NCBI GenBank assembly: GCA_963708185.1
Contig: OY970195.1
Span: 928,001 to 992,000, forward strand
DNA length: 64,000 bases
Source of the DNA: Candidatus Peregrinibacteria bacterium
GTDB taxonomy: Bacteria > Patescibacteriota > Gracilibacteria > UBA1369
Direction: 5' to 3'
Below, piece by piece: positions 60,151-64,000 of the stretch. Position numbers and translations under genes: made by a program. Position 1 is the stretch's first letter. Each line of letters opens with the position of its first letter. The notes below the pieces were generated by a model that was not told where the DNA came from, did no database searches, and saw only the letters and a program-made list of their open reading frames with translations.

Positions 60151-61056
60151 TTATTCGCCAAATTGTTCGCCCCAGCGGAGTTTGTCACGGAGCATCTTGT
60201 AGTAATTGCCTCCCTTGAGCCTGACCAAATGAAAATAGCGGCTGGACTTGCGGATTTTCACTTCGTCTCCATATTCCAGTTTGATGGTTTCCTGGCCGTC
60301 GAGGGTCAGTCCCACGTTTTCTCCTTCGTGGCGACGGCGAGTATGTAAAGCGATTTTGAGCTGTCGGTCATTGGGGATGACGATGGGACGGATGGAAAGC
60401 GTGGCAGGACAGATCGGCGTAAGAATGATTGCCGGGAGCGAAGGGTGGACAATCGGTCCGCCGGCGGAAAGCGAATGTCCGGTCGAGCCGGTCGGAGAAC
60501 TGATGATAAGGCCGTCGGCATGGAAGGTGATGACCTTGCGCTGGTTGATGGAGACGTCCAGCTCGATAAGTCTTGCAAACGATCCCTGGTTAATGACGGC
60601 GTCGTTCAAAGCCAGGAAAGTGTTGAATTTCTGCCCCTGGCGGTAGATGGTCACACGGAGGATGGATCGTTTGTCGATGACGTAGCGGTTGTGCAGGACT
60701 TCGATGAGATCATGCTCGATGTTCTGGGGTTTTGATTCGGTCAAAATTCCCAGATTCCCGAAATTGAAACCCATGACGAGGGTCGTCTTTTTGCCCATGC
60801 GGCGGGCCGTTTTGAGGAGCGTTCCATCTCCTCCCATAACGACGACGAGGTCGCATTTCTGCAGCAGCACAGTTTTCTTGAACCCTTCGCTTCGATCAAA
60901 AAGCGGCGCCGTATTGGTGTCGTAAAAAATTTTTTTGTCGTGTTTTTTGAGTACCCGGATGACCTCTTTGATGTATCCCAGATGTTCTTTATTGTTCCTC
61001 TTGGTAATGATACCTACCGTCGTAATCTTTTTCTTGATGGGATCGACGAGCGTCAT
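60151..61056 (-). CDS. nadK: NAD(+) kinase
   Basis: GGDGTLL, GNLGIL, ALND, DGLIISSPTGSTGHSLSAGGP. Confidence 0.95.
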   Translation of the reverse strand: MTLVDPIKKKITTVGIITKRNNKEHLGYIKEVIRVLKKHDKKIFYDTNTAPLFDRSEGFKKTVLLQKCDLVVVMGGDGTLLKTARRMGKKTTLVMGFNFGNLGILTESKPQNIEHDLIEVLHNRYVIDKRSILRVTIYRQGQKFNTFLALNDAVINQGSFARLIELDVSINQRKVITFHADGLIISSPTGSTGHSLSAGGPIVHPSLPAIILTPICPATLSIRPIVIPNDRQLKIALHTRRRHEGENVGLTLDGQETIKLEYGDEVKIRKSSRYFHLVRLKGGNYYKMLRDKLRWGEQFGE

Positions 61057-61114
61057 GGTGAGTTGAAAAGGTTACTGGAAACAGTATAGAAGTTTCGTCG
61101 CAAATTGCCAATTT

Positions 61115-62176
61115 TTAAACCTTTCTGCCTGACTTTTTGCCCTTCTTTCTGCGGAGAACGAGCAGTATTGCTCCCGCGCCGATCAGTAACGCTCCGCCAG
61201 GCTGCTGTTCACTGTCACTCTGATGTGAAGAAGCAATGTAACAGCCGATGGTTTCGGGATGGTCGATATCAAGAGGGATTTTCAAAGGAGTGTCTCCTTT
61301 TTGAAGCGTGAACTGTTCCTGTCTGCCTTCCTGGGTAATCAACGACTGGCCTTCGACGGGAACGACCGACACGTAGTGCATCTTTTTCCCGGTCGTTGCG
61401 TCGATTTCGGGAGCAAGATACTGGACGAGGACTTTCCCGTTCGTCACGATGTGAAGAGACGCTTCACCAAGCATGACTGTTTCGGTTTGAGAGTTGGCGG
61501 CGTCCTTCACCATTTCGACGCAAAGCTTTCCTTCCTTCATGTAAATCTTATTCTGATCATTGGGTGATCCGTAGACTTCTCCACGGATCTTCATAGCAGC
61601 CTCGGGAGCCCATGGTTGGGTCAAAAAGCAATCCCGGGGAATTCCCTGGCTGTCGAGAAGCGTGTGGCCGATAATGTGTGTGGTGCCGTCGGCATCTGCG
61701 ACAAATTCACAGGGGTTGCCGTTGGATTGAGGAATCTTGTCTTTGGACAGATCCTGATCAAAGGATTCCGGCCCGCATAAATCCTCCACGAGAGGAACAC
61801 CTCCGTCGGTATCCAGAGCGTCGGTTGCGCCACCTTCCCCTGGGCCAGCCGGTGCCGGGCCGCCCATCGGATCGGGTTCGTCCGAATCGCGGTTTTTCCT
61901 GGCTTCTTCTTTTTTGTCTTTTTTCACCATGACCGGCGGAACACGCGGAGTTTTCGGTCCCTGCTTGTTCTCGTCAGATTCAGGCATTCTTTTGACTGCC
62001 GGGGGTGTCGTCGCGACGATAGCCGCCGTGGCAACGGCGGTCGCGATCATGAGCGGACGGCTGCTGGATCTTCCAGGTGCTCTGCTTTTTCGATCTTCCA
62101 CCTCCGTGGCGGGAGGGGTTTCGTCGACATGATCTTCCAGCTGTGGGAGACCGTTTTCAGGTCGTTCGTTTGGCAT
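61115..62176 (-). CDS. Hypothetical surface protein with MYXO-CTERM-like C-terminal anchor
   Basis: Internal hydrophobic segment, low-complexity linker, Cys-containing beta domain, ends GC-x13-GGALLIGAGAILLVL-RRKK. Confidence 0.65.
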   Translation of the reverse strand: MPNERPENGLPQLEDHVDETPPATEVEDRKSRAPGRSSSRPLMIATAVATAAIVATTPPAVKRMPESDENKQGPKTPRVPPVMVKKDKKEEARKNRDSDEPDPMGGPAPAGPGEGGATDALDTDGGVPLVEDLCGPESFDQDLSKDKIPQSNGNPCEFVADADGTTHIIGHTLLDSQGIPRDCFLTQPWAPEAAMKIRGEVYGSPNDQNKIYMKEGKLCVEMVKDAANSQTETVMLGEASLHIVTNGKVLVQYLAPEIDATTGKKMHYVSVVPVEGQSLITQEGRQEQFTLQKGDTPLKIPLDIDHPETIGCYIASSHQSDSEQQPGGALLIGAGAILLVLRRKKGKKSGRKV

Positions 62177-62268
62177 GATTTGAACACAAAAGTTACGGTG
62201 GGATATTATAATGATTTTAGCTTGAAATGCAATGCGAAAAGTGTTAGTCTGCGGGTGGACATAACTGT

Positions 62269-62835
62269 ATGTTTATGGCCGATCTTGGCAACCACAATGA
62301 GTTCATTCATGACGCTGCTCTCGAGCAGGCGGATTTCCGTGTGCCTGAAGCAACGCTTCATCCCGACAAAAAAATCGTCGGAAAACTGAGGAATTCGGTT
62401 GCCCGCGCGTTACTGGTCGCTGCACCGATGATCGCATCGTGCGGCGGGCAGGTTGATACCGTGGACTCTTTCCAGGGTGTCGGTGGAGCGCAGGCCGGCC
62501 AGACGACTGAAAATATGAATTTGCGTGACCATGAAGTGGTCGTTGACTGCAACCAGGGCGGTACATGGAGATTTCAGGGCAACTATCCCGAAGATTTCAG
62601 CGTGGTGGTCAGCGTTGACGGCAAAGAGATTGCCACCAAAGAGGTTGTTGTTGACCATTCGATTGATCCTTCAACCCTCAAGCAATTTTCCGTGGAAGGC
62701 CCGGTAGGAAACGTGCAGGCAAAAAACGTTCAGGTCCAGACTTTTGACCTCGACGGCAACGTCATTCCCATTGAAAGTGACCCCCAGACGAAAGGCATGT
62801 ACGGCAATCCTGATTGCCCCGTGGGTTTGGAGTAA
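62269..62835 (+). CDS. Hypothetical protein with internal lipobox-like signal
   Basis: ARALLVAAPMIAS-CGG after a ~45-aa N-terminal extension. Confidence 0.6.
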   Translation: MFMADLGNHNEFIHDAALEQADFRVPEATLHPDKKIVGKLRNSVARALLVAAPMIASCGGQVDTVDSFQGVGGAQAGQTTENMNLRDHEVVVDCNQGGTWRFQGNYPEDFSVVVSVDGKEIATKEVVVDHSIDPSTLKQFSVEGPVGNVQAKNVQVQTFDLDGNVIPIESDPQTKGMYGNPDCPVGLE

Positions 62836-62836
62836 T

Positions 62837-64000
62837 TTATTTGGAAGTTTTTCTTGTGACACCGTTCCAGTCCGCTGGAGGCGGAAAATTTGAGTATATC
62901 TCGGAACGTTCAACATAAAGCTTTGTTGGTCCGTCGTCCGGATAAGCCTTGAGGATTTCTGTGAATTTTCCGTGGGCCTCTTTGAATTTTCGTGAGTGGA
63001 ACAGAACCATGGCTTCATTATATTGCTGGAGGAGTTTCACGGCGTCCGCTGGCAATTCTCCTTTTGGAGCCAGCAGTTCGAACACCTTGATCGGTTCGGT
63101 TTTCCCAACAACGAGGATGGTGTCAAGTTCGCGGGTCTCAAACTGGTCTTTAATGATGCCATACGTACTCTGACTCATCATAATGTGCGTTTCGTACTCC
63201 TTGTTCTGGCTTTCCAGGCGCGCACCAAGATTCACCACGTCGCCGAGGGCCGTGTAGTCAAAACGTTCGGTCGATCCCATGTTCCCCACAATGGCTTCGC
63301 CCGAACTCAATCCGCAGCGGAAGTCAATTTCGGGCTTTGGTTCTCCGCCGGGAAGCGGCGGATCTTTTTTCCACTTTTCAAGAAGTTCGTTGAGCTTGAG
63401 GCGCATTTTGAGCGCCGCGCGAGCGGCGCGGACGGCATGATCCTGTTGCGACACCGGTGCGCCGAACAACGCCATGATTCCATCCCCTTCAAACTTGTCC
63501 ACCGTCCCGCCTTCTTCCATGATGACCCGGGACATGGCTTCGAAATACTCGCTGAGGAGGGCCACCACGCTCTGCGGTTTTAATTTTTCTTCGATAGTGG
63601 TGGAATGGGCGATGTCCGTGAACATCACGGTGATGTTGCGGCTTTCCCCGCCGAGTTTGAGGCTTTCCGGGTGCTCGGAAATCTGTTTCACCAGCGCCGG
63701 ATTCACGTACTTGCCGAAAGCTTTTTGCAGCTCGAGTTTTTCACGGAATTCCGTGACGTAGCGGTAGAGGTACACGGCGATAAAGGTCACGGCGACGACA
63801 AGGTAGGGATGCACGAGGTCGGGAATGATTCCGATGTTAAAAAGCGGTTTTGCTGTGAACGAATAGGCGACCGGCACCCCAAAAAGGTAGAGCAGCGACC
63901 AGCGGATTTTGGTGAACATGAAGGTGAAGGCCGCGGTAAAGGCCAGGATCAGGATGAGCAAAGCCTGTTCCGGAAAGCTGAAATTGCGGAGAAATTTTTG
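62837..64000 (-). CDS. Class III adenylate cyclase, membrane-bound (5' end outside window), C-terminal TPR-like helices
   Basis: FTDI, DKFEGDG, DYTALGDVVNLGARLE; TM helices upstream. Confidence 0.93.
   Translation of the reverse strand, partial: QKFLRNFSFPEQALLILILAFTAAFTFMFTKIRWSLLYLFGVPVAYSFTAKPLFNIGIIPDLVHPYLVVAVTFIAVYLYRYVTEFREKLELQKAFGKYVNPALVKQISEHPESLKLGGESRNITVMFTDIAHSTTIEEKLKPQSVVALLSEYFEAMSRVIMEEGGTVDKFEGDGIMALFGAPVSQQDHAVRAARAALKMRLKLNELLEKWKKDPPLPGGEPKPEIDFRCGLSSGEAIVGNMGSTERFDYTALGDVVNLGARLESQNKEYETHIMMSQSTYGIIKDQFETRELDTILVVGKTEPIKVFELLAPKGELPADAVKLLQQYNEAMVLFHSRKFKEAHGKFTEILKAYPDDGPTKLYVERSEIYSNFPPPADWNGVTRKTSK

Overview
A gene-dense bacterial chromosomal segment. Genetic code 11 is supported because TGA ends conserved genes such as eno, dnaJ and the sugar transferase. 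The gene content points to a Patescibacteria/CPR organism, probably Peregrinibacteria-like (inference): DUF4012 and DUF3352 proteins, a short AlaRS, a very large SLH S-layer protein and mostly no Shine-Dalgarno sites. The window holds housekeeping genes (mutL 3' end, alaS, miaB, eno, nnrD, pgeF, dnaJ, ppdK, nadK), three tRNAs and a zwf-tkt-tal-pgi operon. A ~22 kb surface-glycan/S-layer region carries an O-antigen-ligase-like protein, an initiating transferase, Wzm/Wzt, a methyltransferase-coiled-coil-GT2-GT2 protein, MetK/AhcY and a 1494-aa S-layer protein with a long structured boxA-containing leader. The most striking feature is a pbpC - ECF sigma - alpha-2-macroglobulin locus. Here the macroglobulin keeps its thioester motif but has no lipobox, and instead begins with an anti-sigma-like cytoplasmic domain plus a TM helix, directly after the ECF sigma gene. 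This is a candidate protease-sensing transmembrane signalling system. Four single-base indels (sugar transferase, zwf, two in ppdK) are probably sequencing errors. No CRISPR array, rRNA or IS element was seen.
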